A DNA stretch of 63,669 nt, filler included, from Hausera hauseri (taxonomy: Eukaryota): assembly GCA_046269625.1 (NCBI GenBank). It is 13 parts of 13 records of this genome, joined end to end, with 100 filler letters (N's around TTAATTAATTAA, not from the genome) between each part and the next. Parts side by side here need not be neighbours in the genome. Positions count along the whole stretch, not along the records: positions 1 to 4,416 come from JBJURY010592556.1; positions 4,517 to 11,749 come from JBJURY010029116.1; positions 11,850 to 16,157 come from JBJURY010644553.1; 10 more parts are not named here. One strand, 5' to 3'. The position numbers and the translations under genes were made by a program. Every line of letters begins with the position of its first letter. Position 1 is the first letter of the stretch. The notes beneath the pieces were generated by a model. That model made no database searches and was not told the DNA's origin. It saw only the letters and a list, made by a program, of their open reading frames with translations. Positions 1 to 14,369 of this stretch are shown here, piece after piece.

Positions 1-400
1 CTAAATCTACTGACAAATTTAACAGTAGTTTATTTTGTGAAATTATATAGAATTTTGTCAATTTAGACCTTCATTCAAATATGTTTTTGGACTGAAATAT
101 ACAACTTTTAAGCTAAATTTTTTTTTACAGTTTATAGAGGAGGAACTGGGCTACAAATTCCATCTTGTCTCCACCAAGTTAGCATGATCAGAAACATGAA
201 AAAATTGTGTTCAAAAATACCCCAAAATTCGTGAAATTTGACTAATTTGAGAAATTTTGATTACAATGAATTGAACCAGTACTTCCAATCTTGGTATTGT
301 AAGAATTACCTAATTTACCCAAATGTACACAAAAAATGCAACACACTGTGAAAAGAAATTTTGTCGGTAACCAAACTATAAAACTCAGATATTAGCGATT

Positions 401-1930
401 ATGATTACAATCATGTGCAAAATGTATGACAAGCCTTTCAATTTTATAACGATTGGTAACTACAACGATACATATGTTAAAACTGATGTGATATTTCTTG
501 CCAACATATTTGGCAGCTTTAGAGATGTTTCCATGGAAAATCATAAACTGAATCTCGAATATTTTCTTACTTCTTCGGAAATGCCATTGGAGGAAATGAT
601 CAGATGTACTGGAGTAAAATTGCAGATACTCAAGAACTACATTATGATATTGATGCTCAAAAGGCTGATTCATGGAGGAATGTGTCAGGTAGTCCATCAA
701 CATGCAGAGGCAAATAATCATTATGTCCAATTATTATGAAACAAAACCACCATCTTTCATCGCATATCTGGATGGAAACAACTTGTACGGTTGGGCAATG
801 AGCCTCAGCCTTCCATATGATAATTTTATATGAGTAGAATATCTGGATAGCATAGATATCATGAGCATTACCGACGATACTGAAACGGGATACATCTTTG
901 AGGTAGATATTCACTACGATTAGGATCAACAAGCAGAACATGATCAGTTACCTTTCCTACCAAAATGAAAAAAAAACCACCAGGAGGAAAGTTTAGAAAA
1001 TTATTAATCAATTTGGGTGATAGGGATCGATACATAGTGCATTATATAAATTTGTATCAGGCTATCCGGAATAGTTTCATTGTCACCAACGTGCATTTGG
1101 CTCTGCAATTCCGTCAATCCAAATGGTTTTAGCCATATATTTAATTCAATACATATCTTCGAACAAATGCGACAAAAAATTTGAAAAAGATCAATTCAAA
1201 TTATGCATCAACTCGGTTTTTGAAAAAACTATGGAGAATATAAGAAATAGGCTGTCAATTGAGTTGGTCAACGACTGGACAAGAGCAGGAAAGTTAACTG
1301 CAAAGCCCAATTTCTTACACAGCACTATTTATTCGGGAAATCTTGCTAGTATCAAAATGCAAAAAACGATTCCGAATTTCAATAAGCCGATTTATGTTGG
1401 AATGTCCATACTTGATTTGTCAAAAACACTCATGTATGACTTCCACTATGTCATGAAGCCAAATTTTCCAGACATTCAACTAATGTATATGGATACTGAT
1501 TCATTCATATATCATATTTAATAGGATTATATATTCAATGATTTTTATAATTTGGCAAATTTCTTCGATATATCACATTATCCGAAGGATCATAGGAACT
1601 TCTCCTTGTCAAATAAAAATGTATTAGGGAAATTTAAGGACGATGTAAACAGCAAAATTATTACTGCTTATGTTGGACTTCGTTCAAAAATGTACGCTCT
1701 TGATATGCCTGGCAAATCAAGAAAAGGGCCAAAGGTGTTCAGAGAGCTACACGTGAGAAACATATCTCGTTTCAAGATTATATTTCGGTCCTTAACAATC
1801 AATCAGACATGCGGCGAATTTTGTTACATGATCATGTCGTGACGACAAATCCACTACGAAAGAAAAGTCTGAGCTTCTTCGATGACAAACAATTTATTTA
1901 AGCATCGCCTTATGGACACTTTTACTTTAT
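401..1930 (+). pseudogene. Decayed protein-primed DNA polymerase B, C-terminal half (Polinton/Maverick/adintovirus type)
   Basis: Fragments contain NSVFEK (motif B-like), KPIYVGMSILDLSKTLMYDFHY, YMDTDSFIY (motif C), LGKFKDDVNSKII and GLRSKMYA. There are multiple frameshifts and stops. Collinear with the PolB at 50658-54111. Confidence 0.93.
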
Positions 1931-3539
1931 GTAATTAAATAAAATTTTGAATGTGTTGTTTTATTTTTGTAAATTTATTTTTGAATTTTAAAACTTCATA
2001 TTGTTGTTACTTTGTAAAGAAAAAACAAAATATTATTTTATACATTTTTATTAAAATACATAACACCAAATCCAAGTATGATTGCAAATAAATTTACAAT
2101 CATTGTCTTCCGTATTTGCCATTCTACAGAAATAGTTTTACATGTTTCATTAATCATAATGCATCGACATATAAATTTTGCATTTTGATGAAATGTACAT
2201 GGTACATTTGATATTGGTAAAAATCTTTTATCACCTATTACTTCATTTACAGAAATATCTGTGAGCTTTCTTTCGCGTTTCGACTGGCAATCATAATCCT
2301 TAAATTATCTTCCAATCTTGGATAATTTGGTATTTCTGTATTGCACGTTGGTTGGAGGTTTTTCTGCTACGTAATCAAAATCACACTAAAACCAATTATA
2401 AGGTGATTAAAAATAAACCGTAAGCATTACTTTTATTTCATCACCAGATAATAAAGTGCAAGACGGTGATTGTTTCACTCTTTTGTTTATTTGAATGTTT
2501 TTTGCTTATATCAAAATAACCTTAAATGACCTTGACCTCATATGACCTTAATTGAGTTAAGGAATAAGTACAAATTCCGGATCCCCCAATCGTTACCCAA
2601 TATATTTTATCGAATCTATTTAATTAATTTGGGTGGGGTAGGAATTTGCTCCAGTGCCCATTTTTCCTCTACAGGATTTAGTTATTTACATATATTGTAG
2701 TTGTTTCTTCATAAGGTACTTTATTTGTCTTCTCTCATGAATTTTGGGATGACTTTGACTTTTTATCAGATGATATACAAATTGAGGAAGTAGGAGGACA
2801 CATACAAGCGAATCCTTAGTATGAAATTGTACGCGAAACACTTAAATCAGAAATTGACTTACGGGAAACGATTTGAAGTTCGAATTACCGTTCCGCGCGA
2901 CTAGGCCAATCGTACCAAAGGCTGGAAATCACCAAATTCTTCATCAACAAAGAACGGTGATTATTCCAAATCGACATCTAAATTGTTAAAACAAACACGA
3001 ATAAACGTTTCGAAGGAAAATTATCGGCATTACAAATGACAAAAGTATTCATCAGAATCGTCATAGGATTTTTCATATCACAAAATCGATTCGCGTAATA
3101 AACGATCAATAAATGAAGCAAGCTCAAAAGATCGATCTGATTATAATCGCAAAAGAACTCGTTCAAGATGTAGATCACGATCTTTGAAAAAATCCAAGGA
3201 TTTCTGCAGAGCGGATTCACGAATCAACAGCTCGAAATCCAAGTACTATTATAATTCCGAAGGAAAATCACGCTATGTCAATGAATCTGAATAATTTAAA
3301 CAGTATAGAAGTCATCATCATTATGAATACACGGATCCAAAGAAAAGAACTAGCTCATGGGACAGTGCCGAGTACCGTGGTAGAACGAAGTTTTCTAATA
3401 GATATCATAAACTCATATCAAATGTTCAACGATCGTCCTTAGTTACGAAACAATTAAATCATCGAAACCTTCAACAAGATTAATCGATTCTTATATTAAG
3501 CGCAATAAATATACCGGCAGTTCGTCGAATTCTCATCTG

Positions 3540-4416
3540 TTGCGTTCAGTTGCAAAGGAAATAAACAAACGCAACGACACCAACGAATCCGAAAAGAAAG
3601 TTCAATCTATTGACTTGTCTTCTACTAACGAAAAAAGTAAAATGGACAAGGAACTCTTGCGATTGGAAAATCTTCGGATGAAACTTATTGCGCAGATTCG
3701 GAAAAATTTCAATTTACCCCATGGTCCATTAACGCCAATTTCAGTTTCGGATCCGACTGATGGTTTCTGTGATAATCGACGAAATACGGAAAGGCTATCA
3801 GCTTCACAAACGGAAGAAAAAAGTTCGTCAAAACCCAAAAACCGACTATCAGTCATTCATAAACCCCAAAGTGATTCGGCACTCGTTGATTTCCTCGACT
3901 TGCCTTTACCGAATAATGCCGACATTCTTCAGAATGACCTGTCGAATGACGAACACAATCCAGAAATAACTAAGACATGGATAACTAAAAACCATCGAAC
4001 TCCGAGCTGCCTTATTCATCAAGATGCTTCTTTGAACTACAGTAAATATAATCCATCATCTTTATACACTCTTTCAAATTCGGAAATTGACAAGGAGAAA
4101 AGTCTTTCAAAGCGCAAAATAAAATCACCGACCGTATCAAAACCCAACGGCGATTCAATACCTGTTGACTTTCCAAACATACCTTTACCGGATGACATAT
4201 CCGACTTAGAAGAAGCTTCTACTCCACGATTTCTTACTGGTGATCGAACATTCACTTCTCCGCAGTTCTTGAAATCATTGGGTCTGTCAACGTTTATTTC
4301 GCCGAACAAACTCCCCTATGACGAATGTCCGCCAATCGACGATATTTCTACTGATGGCAATGAATATTTAATTAACTCGCGTTTATTTCAAAATTCTAAT
4401 CAGTATTTGGACGATA
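3540..4416 (+). CDS. Ser/Lys-rich low-complexity protein of unknown function, open at the contig end
   Basis: ORF of about 290 codons with an internal repeat (DSALVDFLDLPLPNN / DSIPVDFPNIPLPDD). The upstream Arg/Ser-rich frame is broken by stops. Confidence 0.4.
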
Positions 4417-4516
4417 NNNNNNNNNNNNNNNNNNNNNNNNNNNNNNNNNNNNNNNNNNNNTTAATTAATTAANNNNNNNNNNNNNNNNNNNNNNNNNNNN
4501 NNNNNNNNNNNNNNNN
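4417..4516. other. Assembly linker (N44-TTAATTAATTAA-N44), first of 12
   Basis: The same N-padded linker recurs at about 11750, 16158, 20654, 24914, 29229, 34437, 38729, 45660, 49937, 54112 and 59464. It has stops in all six frames, so adjacency across it is not biological. Confidence 0.98.
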
Positions 4517-4632
4517 ATGAAGCCGAAGTATCTCTCGCATTTTCCAATAAACGTTTTCACGTTGTCACCTTTCTGAAACTCTTTTGGCATCAATTTCTTC
4601 TCGAAGAAGTCTCTTGAAGCGTGGTTTGCCAT
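4517..4632 (-). pseudogene. N-terminus of a retrotransposon gag (inverted second copy)
   Basis: MANHASRDFFEKKLMPKEFQKGDNVKTFIGKCERYF. Bases 4517-4557 are a near-perfect reverse complement of 4864-4904. Confidence 0.55.
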
Positions 4633-4863
4633 GTTAGTAGATCGAGTCTCTACGATGCAAACCCCAACCTGACTTGATGATTGTAAAACATAATTATTCA
4701 TAAGATATTTATTATAGAACTTGGTATAACATTTTTTTCCTTCATTAGGGAAATGAGCTTTATTTTCCTTCTTTTTTGAATTTCCTAACTTTTTGTTGTC
4801 TGTTTACTGAATTACCTTTGAAATAAATTTAAACCTTAATATCCGTTTCAATTCCTCCCCACA

Positions 4864-5863
4864 GAAACCTTTATTGGAAAATGCGAGAGATACTTCGACT
4901 TCATAAAGATGTGGGAGACGGACCGGGAAACTGCGTTCCTGTGCCTTTTGGCAGAAGAAGCACAGGAGAAATACAATCTGGTGTGCCAGAAGGTGAAAGG
5001 ATACCAAAACCTTCTCAAAACCGACAACGCTGTGTGGAGATCTGCAGGAGGCCTTGGACTACAGAATGAGTGGGGGGCAGAACCGGCTGCCTATTTTAAT
5101 AAAAGTGAACAGCTGGAGAGTACATCTTTAACCACAAAATAACACTGTAAGCGCTAACAGAGGAATTGACGGTCTACTGTTGTGACGATCCGGAGATGAG
5201 AAAAGAAATCTACCGCAGTGACGAAAAAAACATAGAACAAATCAAAGAAAAAATACATAAAGTTCACGAAGTGGAAAAGAAGACGCAAGAGATATACACA
5301 GTCAAAGAATATACTAGAGAGGTTGACGGAGTTACCGGGATGTGGCAATGCAGAAACTTGACAAACAAAGACAGTAAAGGAGGGATTCCAGACCTCAAAA
5401 TACGCAAATAAAGAATATGGTGAAATGCTGGTCGTGCCAGAAGGACGGGCATACAAGCAGTACATGCAACCTCCAACAAGCACCAATATGCTTTGGTTGC
5501 GGAAAAGAAGGGCATATTAACAAGAATTGCCCAGAAAGGAAATTCATAATATGCTACGGGTGCGGCCAGAAAGAACACGTAAGGCGAAATTGCATAAACA
5601 TAAAATGCAATACGTGTCACAATAGAGGACACAGGGAAGAAGAATGTTATGCAAAATTGGACAAGAGCAGAAGAGGACAAAAAACGTATACCGACAATTA
5701 CAAAAGGGCGGGGTATAGTCAAAAAAGATGTGGAGAGAGAGTGAACATCAGGCACGCATACGTTGCAAATGTTGACGAGGGCTATGAAGAATTTATCACA
5801 GAGTCGACAAACCAAAAAGGAAGAGCCTCAACAGCAGTGGAGCTAGTCGGGGAATTACATTAA
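4864..5863 (+). pseudogene. Decayed LTR-retrotransposon gag with four CCHC zinc knuckles
   Basis: Knuckles CWSCQKDGHTSSTC, CFGCGKEGHINKNC, CYGCGQKEHVRRNC and CNTCHNRGHREEEC. The upstream gag-like part is broken by stops. Confidence 0.75.
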
Positions 5864-5959
5864 ACACCTCCAAACGCTCGATTGGTTTGTGTTAGGCTGT
5901 TGAGTGATATTTTGTGATGGAAGTTTTGTGTGATTGTGTGATTCAATGTGTGGTAATGC

Positions 5960-8900
5960 TTATAATGTCAGTGATGGGGACACAGGAGGCGATACCATTG
6001 AAGGAGATGAAACAGTCGATGTAGACAAAGAAGGCAAAGAAAGTGGTGGAGATAGCAAAAGGGAGGAACAGAAATGTGATTGATGCAATGGCGCAAAGAC
6101 ATTTTGAAAGTTAGAAGGCGTAGGAGTTGATTTTGAATTGGAGGTAGAATTGGCACCCGGAATGTCATCAATGAAGAAAGCGGGCTTCAAGTTCGAAATA
6201 TAAATGTTGTAAGGTTTATCTTGACGTAAGATGACAGCTGTGTGAGATAAAAGATATATTAAGGTCTAAAGCCCGAACGTGATTAATCCTTTAGACACAC
6301 AAACTTGGTTGATTATAAGTCCTTCGGAATGTAGGATTTATTGTTGTAAAAGAGACGACAGAATGAATCTGAGCTGACCTCGACGATTTGAGATTGTGCT
6401 GCACGAATATTTCGTCTGTGGGGTCGTCATCGATATCACAAAGTTCAAATACGGCCCGAATTGGAGTCCCAAAGAGTGCTTCGGCTAGAGCACAACCGGT
6501 AGTGGTAGAGGGTGTGTTGCCCCAACCTAGTAGAAAAAATGGTAGAATGAACATCCAATTAAAATGAGTGTCAGCTAGGATTTTTAAAGAAACTTTCATT
6601 GTTCGATGGAACCTTTCAAGGAGGCCATTTGCTTGAGGATGATATGGAGCTGTATGGAAAAGAGATATCCCCAAGTGTTGCACAAGCGATTTGAAGAGTT
6701 CCGATTCAAATCGTGGACCTTGAACCGTTATTATATAACGTGGGAACCAAATCGACTGATCCAGATTTTTATAAAGGTGTCAGCCACTGAATCAGTGTTC
6801 GTTGAACGAAGAGGAACGGCTTCAGGCCAGCGAGAAACACGACCCGTCATTGTAAGGATATATTGATATCCGTTATCAGAAGGTAAAGGGCCAACGAGAT
6901 TAAGATGAACTGTATAAAAGCGTGATGTACAGAGGAAATGGTAAAGCGGCGGCTTAAGCTGTTTGTTGATTTTGTATTTTTGACAGGCTACGCATTCTTT
7001 AACCCAGCCCTGTACTTCTTTGCGCATTGATGGCGAAACTACATGGCATTGAAGCAGGCGAAAGGTTGCTTTCTAACTTGGATGATGGAGTGAATGCGTA
7101 TGAACGAAAGCTGGCTTTTGTAAAGGTGGTGCTAGAATGATATTTTTATTACCGGTACTCGACGTATTAAAAGCAATGCCATCAATGATCTCGAAGGATT
7201 TGAAGGAGCTAAGGAAGTCAGCAGAGGAAGATTTGCCCTTAAAACTTCGGATGAGAAAATCGGCTCAACTGTAATGGAGCCAACCGACCTCGATAGAAAA
7301 TATGCTATCAAATTATCTGTGCCTGAGATGTATTTCAAAACAAAACTGAATGTAGACACGTATGATGTATGTCGCTCTTGCCTCGGCGATGGTTGTTTTA
7401 ACGACATGATGTGCAGGAGCGGCTTGTGGTTAGTTTGAATAACAAATGGATGAGAAAGAAGTAGGTGTTTGAAATGTTTTACTGCCAGAACTATGGCGAG
7501 TAACTCACGGTCAAATGTAGAGTAACGGCTTTCGGGTTGTGCAAGTTTTCGGGAGTAAAATTTTAATGGTTCATCAACCCCGTTGGAAATCTGGTGTAGT
7601 GCTGCACCGGTAGCAGTGGCTGAGGCATCGGTCGTAAGTATAAGATCTGCCTTTGGCTTCGGATAGACTAGTGTTTCTACGGTTTTTAGGCCTTCACGTA
7701 AGTGATTAAAGTTGGTGACTAAATCAGGAGTCCAGTGGATTAATTGCTTCCTTTTCCCCGAAGATAGATGTGAAGATAGATAGCTCAGAACAATGAGGTA
7801 CGTATTTGTGAATGAAGTGGAGTATGCCTAAGAAGCTGCTCATATCCGTAGTAGTCGTTGGTAGCGTTATGTTTTTCAATTGTTGTAGTCGATTCGGTTG
7901 TGGAGAGTGGCCGTGAGGAGTGATTACGTGGCCTAGGAAATTAACACGTTTTTGAAAGAAATGACACTTAGAGAAGTTGACTTACAAATTGCTGTGATGT
8001 AGTCTGTGAAAGATAATACGAAGGTGTTCTTGATGTTGTTTAACAGATGTAGAGGCATATAATATGTCATCAATGTATAGATGAGCAAAGTCAAGGCCTG
8101 AGAGAACGGTATCAATGTTTCGTTGAAAAGTTTGGGAAGCACTACATGAACCAAATTGCATAAAGACATATTCATAGAGGCCAAATGGAGTAATAGCAGC
8201 AGTTTTTGGAATATCATCAGGTGCAACCGGAATATGATGATACGTTTTATGCAAGTCAATTGTGGAGTACATGTTAGTATTGGTAAGACTGTGCAGGATG
8301 TCCTTTATGAGAGGTAAAGGGTAAGTATCCAGGGCTATTAGGTTGTTTAACTGCATATAGTCACCACATGGTCTGTAAGTGCCATCCTTCTTTGTCACTA
8401 CATGCAAAGGTGAAGCCCATGGTGATTTGGATCTTCGAATAATGCCAGCCTTTTTGAGTTCATTGAATTCTGATTCAACGGCTTTTCGCCTACGAGGTGA
8501 CAGTGGTCTGACCTTTTGTCTGATAGGTCTTTGTTGTTCGGTGATTATGTGGTGATACGTTGTAGAATGCGGCTTGAAATTTACGTCCTTCTTGAAAGTG
8601 CGGAAACAGTAAGTTTTGATGTAGGATTTAAGATTGGATTCCAACGATAAGAATGATGAGGGCATATTATTGGAAGAGTCATTGGCTGTAATTGATGTAA
8701 AATGACTGAACACTTCATTAACGACATTCGGTTCAACCGACTGTTTCAAGATTGATTAGTTCCCACTTGACGAATTTGAAAATATGGATGAATTATTAAG
8801 CGTATTGTTATCAGCCGATGAACAGCGTGTCAATTTGACATTTGAATGAATTGAGGAGGACAAAAAGGTGTACGACTGGTCGTCTGGTAAACATTTATTG

Positions 8901-10260
8901 GTATTTGCAACGCAATTTCTGCACAGGAGACATCTATGCTTACAATCGACTAGCAAATCGTATGCAGCCAGGAAATCGGAGCCTATTGTGGGCGATCTAA
9001 TATTGGCTATGTGAAATTTCCAAAAGAATTTCCCTGGTAGGTTGGAGAATGTGAAGGACAGTTGTGTGGTACCTACAATGTTCAAGGGTTGACCACAGGC
9101 TGTGAAGAGTGGAGGAGAGAAAACTGTGTTAGATGTAGGAACGAAAGACAAAGAAAGAAGTGAAAAGGCAGCTCTTGAATCGATAAGGAAGTATATGTGT
9201 GAGGTGTCTTCAAACAACAGTTCAGCTTTTAACAGAAAGGCTGCATAGGCGGTGCTGAAATGGCCACAAGATTAAGCCATATTGCCTATACCAGAATGTG
9301 CCATGGAATCTGGTGGCATTATTAATTTTTTGAGGCTTGTTGGGAAAAAGAAGAGGAATGATAAGTACGAGGAGGCAAAGACGATGAAGAAAAACTAGAA
9401 TTCTTTTTATAAAATTATATTCTGGCACACATGACCTAGCCTTGGACGTTCGTCGTAAAATCGACAGCCCAAAAGAAATTTTTTTCAATCTCTATGGAAT
9501 TTGTTATGATAAAAGCAAATTATTCTTCCATGTCGAGATTTGGATCGAAAGGAATGCTTGGAAAGGCTAGAATTGCGCGAGACACGGTTTCCGCTTCTTT
9601 GAGGAACAGATAAATCACTGAGTTGGGCTGTAATCGCAGAAATTGCCTGTTGGAGTGTGTCGAACTCTTTCTGCATCATTTGCAGTTGTTGTGAAACTAA
9701 AATGTTATCTGTGTGTGATGGTGTGTCAGTGGATGCCGCAGCTACTGATTCTGAACCATTTGATTGCAAGATGTCGAAACTTTTGTCTTTCAGTAAGACG
9801 AGTTTGTCGAGAGCCGTTAAATCTTTTACTACAGTAAGCAACGCTGTGATAGAGGTGGGTAAAGAATAAAGAAAATACTGGCAAAGGAGATTGGCATTGT
9901 TTGTAGGAGTGATGCCTAATGAGCTCAGCTGAGAAATTGCAGTTTTAAGGAAATCCGACAGTTCTTGAGTTCCGATAGCATGCTCATTGAAGTACTTTTG
10001 TATTATGCTGTCAATGGAAGGGTCGGTAATATGTAGGACTGATTCATAAAGCATGTCATATAGATTAGAAGAGGTGAGTATATCTCAAGATTATTGATTT
10101 GCTGCTTGATATTTTTTGGAAGAAGCAGCAGCAAGCTCTTTGCCCGTAAGAAAGAATTTGTGATGTGATTGGCGTTAAGCCATTGCAAATGGAATTATAA
10201 CCAAGTGCGACTCGAATTCGTTTTGTCGAGAAAAATATCTGTGCAAGGAAGATTTGGAGA
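5960..10260 (-). mobile_element. Decayed Ty3/Gypsy LTR retrotransposon (gag-PR-RT-RNaseH-IN)
   Basis: gag 9485-10260 ending ICFYHNKF. Protease FLIDSRAAFSLL (8756-9217). RT SPWASPLHVV..YRPCGDY..YIDD (7982-8749). RNase H TTDASA..YSTFDRELLA (about 7130-7700). Integrase VKECVACQ, HLNLVGPLP, TAPYHPQANGLLERFHR (6291-7027). Confidence 0.95.
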
Positions 10261-11239
10261 TTCAGTTGGTGTGGGGTGGGCAGGACTACGACCAAATCTG
10301 GTCTTGGTGGGGTTTTCAGCCTAAGAAGGATCTGGGTCCGATCCACCCCGTAGACAAAAGTGGAGAGTGACGCGGATAATTTTGGGGGAAAATGCAGAAT
10401 ATTGGTCATTGATGTTACGTATTGAGCCATGATACGAGATAAAAGCCTGGGGAGTGGAGGAGGAAGGATAGATATATGTAGGCGATGTAAAGTATCCATG
10501 TGTGTCGCACTGAAGGTATAGAGGTGTATATTATTGAAACAGACAAACAGGGATTAGGGACGTGGTGCATCGGGGGTAGTCATGCTCGGTTCCCCAAACA
10601 AATCATTCACTGGTTGCGCATTAAGACCGGAAACACTTCTCGATGATGAAAAGACAGATCTTTTCTGATTAGGAGTATCATAGCTCTGAGATGACATATG
10701 ACACTCATGTGAATCACCAGCATCGTTTCGCATTCTAAATGATGGAATATCGATATGTAAATATCTATTATAATTACCTTTTAATAGAGGTGACTCGGGC
10801 AATCCTTCTTGGGATGTTGTCATTTGATGTTTATGATTATTGTATTTGAATGGATCATAATAAATAGGTATGTTTGATTTGGTAATTGACTTTGCCGCAC
10901 ACATTTGAGATAGATGTGTAGCATTGTTACGTAAACGGGAATAAAGTGACCTTGTTGTATTGGTCGTCGGTAAAGTACAGTTCAGAATATTTTTATACAA
11001 ACTTTCGCTGATTGTTAGTATGTGTTTGGATGTTAATTTCCATAGACTTCTTACTTTAGTTGTATAGGTATTATTTAATGCGCTATATGTATCAAGATTA
11101 GTCTCCTTTTAAATTGATATTTCATCTCAGTCCCCGTATCGATATATGTTTCTTTGAATGATGCGTACAACGTTTTATGGGAAAAAATATATTCGTTGGA
11201 CTTTTTACAGGTGATAAAACATCAACTACAGAAACACTT

Positions 11240-11749
11240 TTGCAACAGGCTCTAGTGGAAGACAGAAAATTGATGATATAAGCTAAAATTCTACGGCGAC
11301 TTTTTTGTTCGTTTATCGACGCGGATGTTTTAGAAAATAAATTCTGCAGGAACCTTTTGTGATCAGTGAATACATCATTTGTGCATTTGTCGGTATCAAT
11401 TGCGAAACGTTCATTGCATTTTGTGGTGACTGGTACGGCAAAGTAGAATTTTGTATTGTCGTTGCATGAGTCACCAGACGTTGCCGAAAGTAAATGTCCG
11501 ATTTCATTGCCGAAAAGTTAGCAATAATGGTATGATTTTTAAAAAACAGAATATTATTCAAATTTATAAATAACACTCGCTTATTTTCAAAGAAATTACA
11601 CAGTACCTGTGTAGGCTTTGGTGATACTGGGGAGATTGATTTTGTGCTGAGTGACGTATTTATATCGGATGTTGTGGGTTTCGTAGTTGATTCAGTTGTT
11701 GAACAGCCGCACTTTTGGGGACAAAATTCCTGTGCGCTTGATTGGAAAC
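11240..11749 (-). CDS. Probable host exons of a Cys-rich secreted protein (ShK-like end plus Thr-rich linker)
   Basis: The minus strand reads AQEFCPQKCGCSTTESTTKPTTS, then a GT donor-like site, then further Cys-containing sequence. Confidence 0.3.
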
Positions 11750-11999
11750 NNNNNNNNNNNNNNNNNNNNNNNNNNNNNNNNNNNNNNNNNNNNTTAATTA
11801 ATTAANNNNNNNNNNNNNNNNNNNNNNNNNNNNNNNNNNNNNNNNNNNNGAGATGGAACGAAGATAATCTAAAAGACTTGCATGTTTAGTGTATTTATTA
11901 GTAAACTGTTATATAATAAAACTTTTATGTGTTTTGTGTTCTATAACAATAAAAACAACAAGTCACTGATTACAAGATTTATTATATTACAAATATCAT

Positions 12000-14267
12000 T
12001 GTCCATATTTAGTAAAGTCATTAATTACATTGTTCAGTTCCTTCTGACTGTTTTGCAATTCTTCTACCATTCCGATTATTTTACCGATCATTGGACTGAT
12101 ATTAATCAATCTGTTTCGTATAATTTCTAGCAATATCTCCGGTGCCACATACAGAAGATCGTCATTTGTAACGAACAAGTTTTGCACTTCATTCAATGCA
12201 CTGAATTTCTTTCAACTGTATCAATACTGAAACAGCAGTCATTCACATTTTGAAATAAGAAAGTTTTTGAGTCAGTTGCCTGAGACATTTTACATTCATC
12301 TGTTTTTAAGGCGTAGATTTATACTAGGCCACCATTATTAAAACAAAATTTTTTGCGCGGCAAATTCGAACTTTCATACCTACCTAAATCCTTGCAATAC
12401 ACAAACTTCACTTGCTTCTCATACACATGCACCACCCATCTTCGCCCTATTAACCGTGCGTGTGTAGCATTTTTCCTACCCCATGACTCATCCTCGAACC
12501 ACCGTTTATTTCCTTTCCTGAGGGGGGTTGATGCCATGCGCTCACTTCTATCTACTTATAGGTATTTTCATATACCTCTCGTGCTGGCGTGGTTTCGATA
12601 TAGAACATTGCTTCTTTAATCTTGTGACTATAGTGTTCAGTGGTTACTAAAATTCGGGTGCGATCTTTATCTGTTTCGAAATGTACATCTTGTATGTGCC
12701 GTTTGCTAAGTACATTCACTCCAGTGATCACTTGCTGGATTTTATCTTCCGGATCCTCATGTCCGATTACCATCCTTGTTGGGCTTTCTATAGTCATAGT
12801 TTCCATTCGTCTGGATTTCATTGGGGGATTGTCTGCTTCTTTCGAAAATTTGGGTGCCTTATTCGTCTTTTTGAATAGGTAGTCATGGAAGGCCATTTTC
12901 TTTTTTAATACTTGGATTGGGATTTCTAACCCTTTTTTTCTTCGGGATTTGTGGAACTTTAAATACTCCGTTTGTAGTTGTTTCCTGGGCTATTGTTTCA
13001 GGTTCTTTGTGACTGGCACTAGGTAATTCATCAGAAGCTGATTTCGGGATGTTTCCTTGGATAGTTATCCGAAGATCGTCTGGTTCCATAGGCTCGACCG
13101 TTCTACAGGGGATGTATGGACAATATTGTTTTTGGTATTTTCTATTTATGACTTCCGGATCTGACGAGCTTCGGAGATTTTGCCCAGGGTTATTAGGGAT
13201 TTATTCATTGTCCCATTTTAAACCCACATAAATGTCACGGAGGTATTGGGTACGTTGACTCGCCGTCAACATCTTGCTGATCTTAATATGGCCATTACTC
13301 ATGACATCCATGATTATTGGCATTTGATAGTCTCTTTCTCGCAATAATTTCTTGATTTGCTCGGCGACTACCGAGTGTGTCCTGATTTCTCTTATCCCTG
13401 CGAGGTTTGATTGGGGTATTTCCAATAATTCCATACTTTCAATTACGCGGTATCCGACAACGATATATCCATATGGGCAGTGTGCCAACTCAGTATATAC
13501 CAGTTTAGTATCTTTTCTGCTTTGGAGGGTTTCTTTGCGAATTCCCGTTAGATCAGTGTGTATCTCTGACAAGCCTTCTAGGACTGATAATCGTGCGGTA
13601 TATTTCCATGCCGTTGGTTTCTCTAATCGACACCTCCATCGGGATTTTTTTTGTGTCACTTCCTTCTCCGCAGTTGATGGCCCCAACCCTTGTATTTTTG
13701 CATCTGGAACTAATCTGTAAGATTGTAGAGATCTCTAGCTCTTCTTCCGAAGGTTTATGCTGGACTTCCAAGGGCGGCAGCAGAATATAGGATCGTTCCT
13801 CATAAGTTACTTCAAACATTATCTTGACGGGAAGGGCCGCTATCCGAAATTCCTTTTCAGAGTTGCAAGTCCTTAATACGTAGCTCGAGGGTGCTGAACC
13901 TGTACTCCATTCTTGACCTCTAAATCTGTAGTATATCTTGCCGTCGGCTAGATAAATGTAGATCTTTCGACTGAATTCAGTCTATCATTTGTCGGAGCGA
14001 GTATGCCTTGACGTTTTTATCTTCCCTCATAGCATAAAGATAAACGATCCTCTTTTCTATGACACCTTTTAGATCATTAGGAAGGGTGTGAACCTAATCG
14101 TATTTTATAGAAGACTTCCCCTGTAACTCATTGTGAATTTCTCTGTATATGGCGTTGGAATTTGGAAGGAGTACGATAGCATACTTCTGGAGGAATTCGT
14201 TGATACTATGTCGGCATTCCGGAGCGATTTCTCCTCTTGGTTCGTGGATGCTACGTCGTCCGGTCAT
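12000..14267 (-). pseudogene. Long novel accessory ORF of the complex Gypsy (copy A), fragmented
   Basis: The blocks HSINEFLQKY, YIYLADGKI, HCPYGYIVVGYRV, MLTASQRTQYLRDIYVGLKWDNE and TRILVTTEHYSHKIKEAMFY all match 21922-23740 in the same order. Confidence 0.75.
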
Positions 14268-14369
14268 GTTCTTGTTTTTATATCTGAAAAATAAACAGTA
14301 AGGGTTACTCTTACAATAAACGAGGTTTTTAAAATTAAACCAATGACAGAATAACCCATTCTGTAGTTG

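Noticed and set aside
4461-4472. Regularly recurring palindromic TTAATTAATTAA, superficially an array
   Set aside because: It is always embedded in N runs, so it is an artificial contig linker. ORFs crossing it are artefacts.
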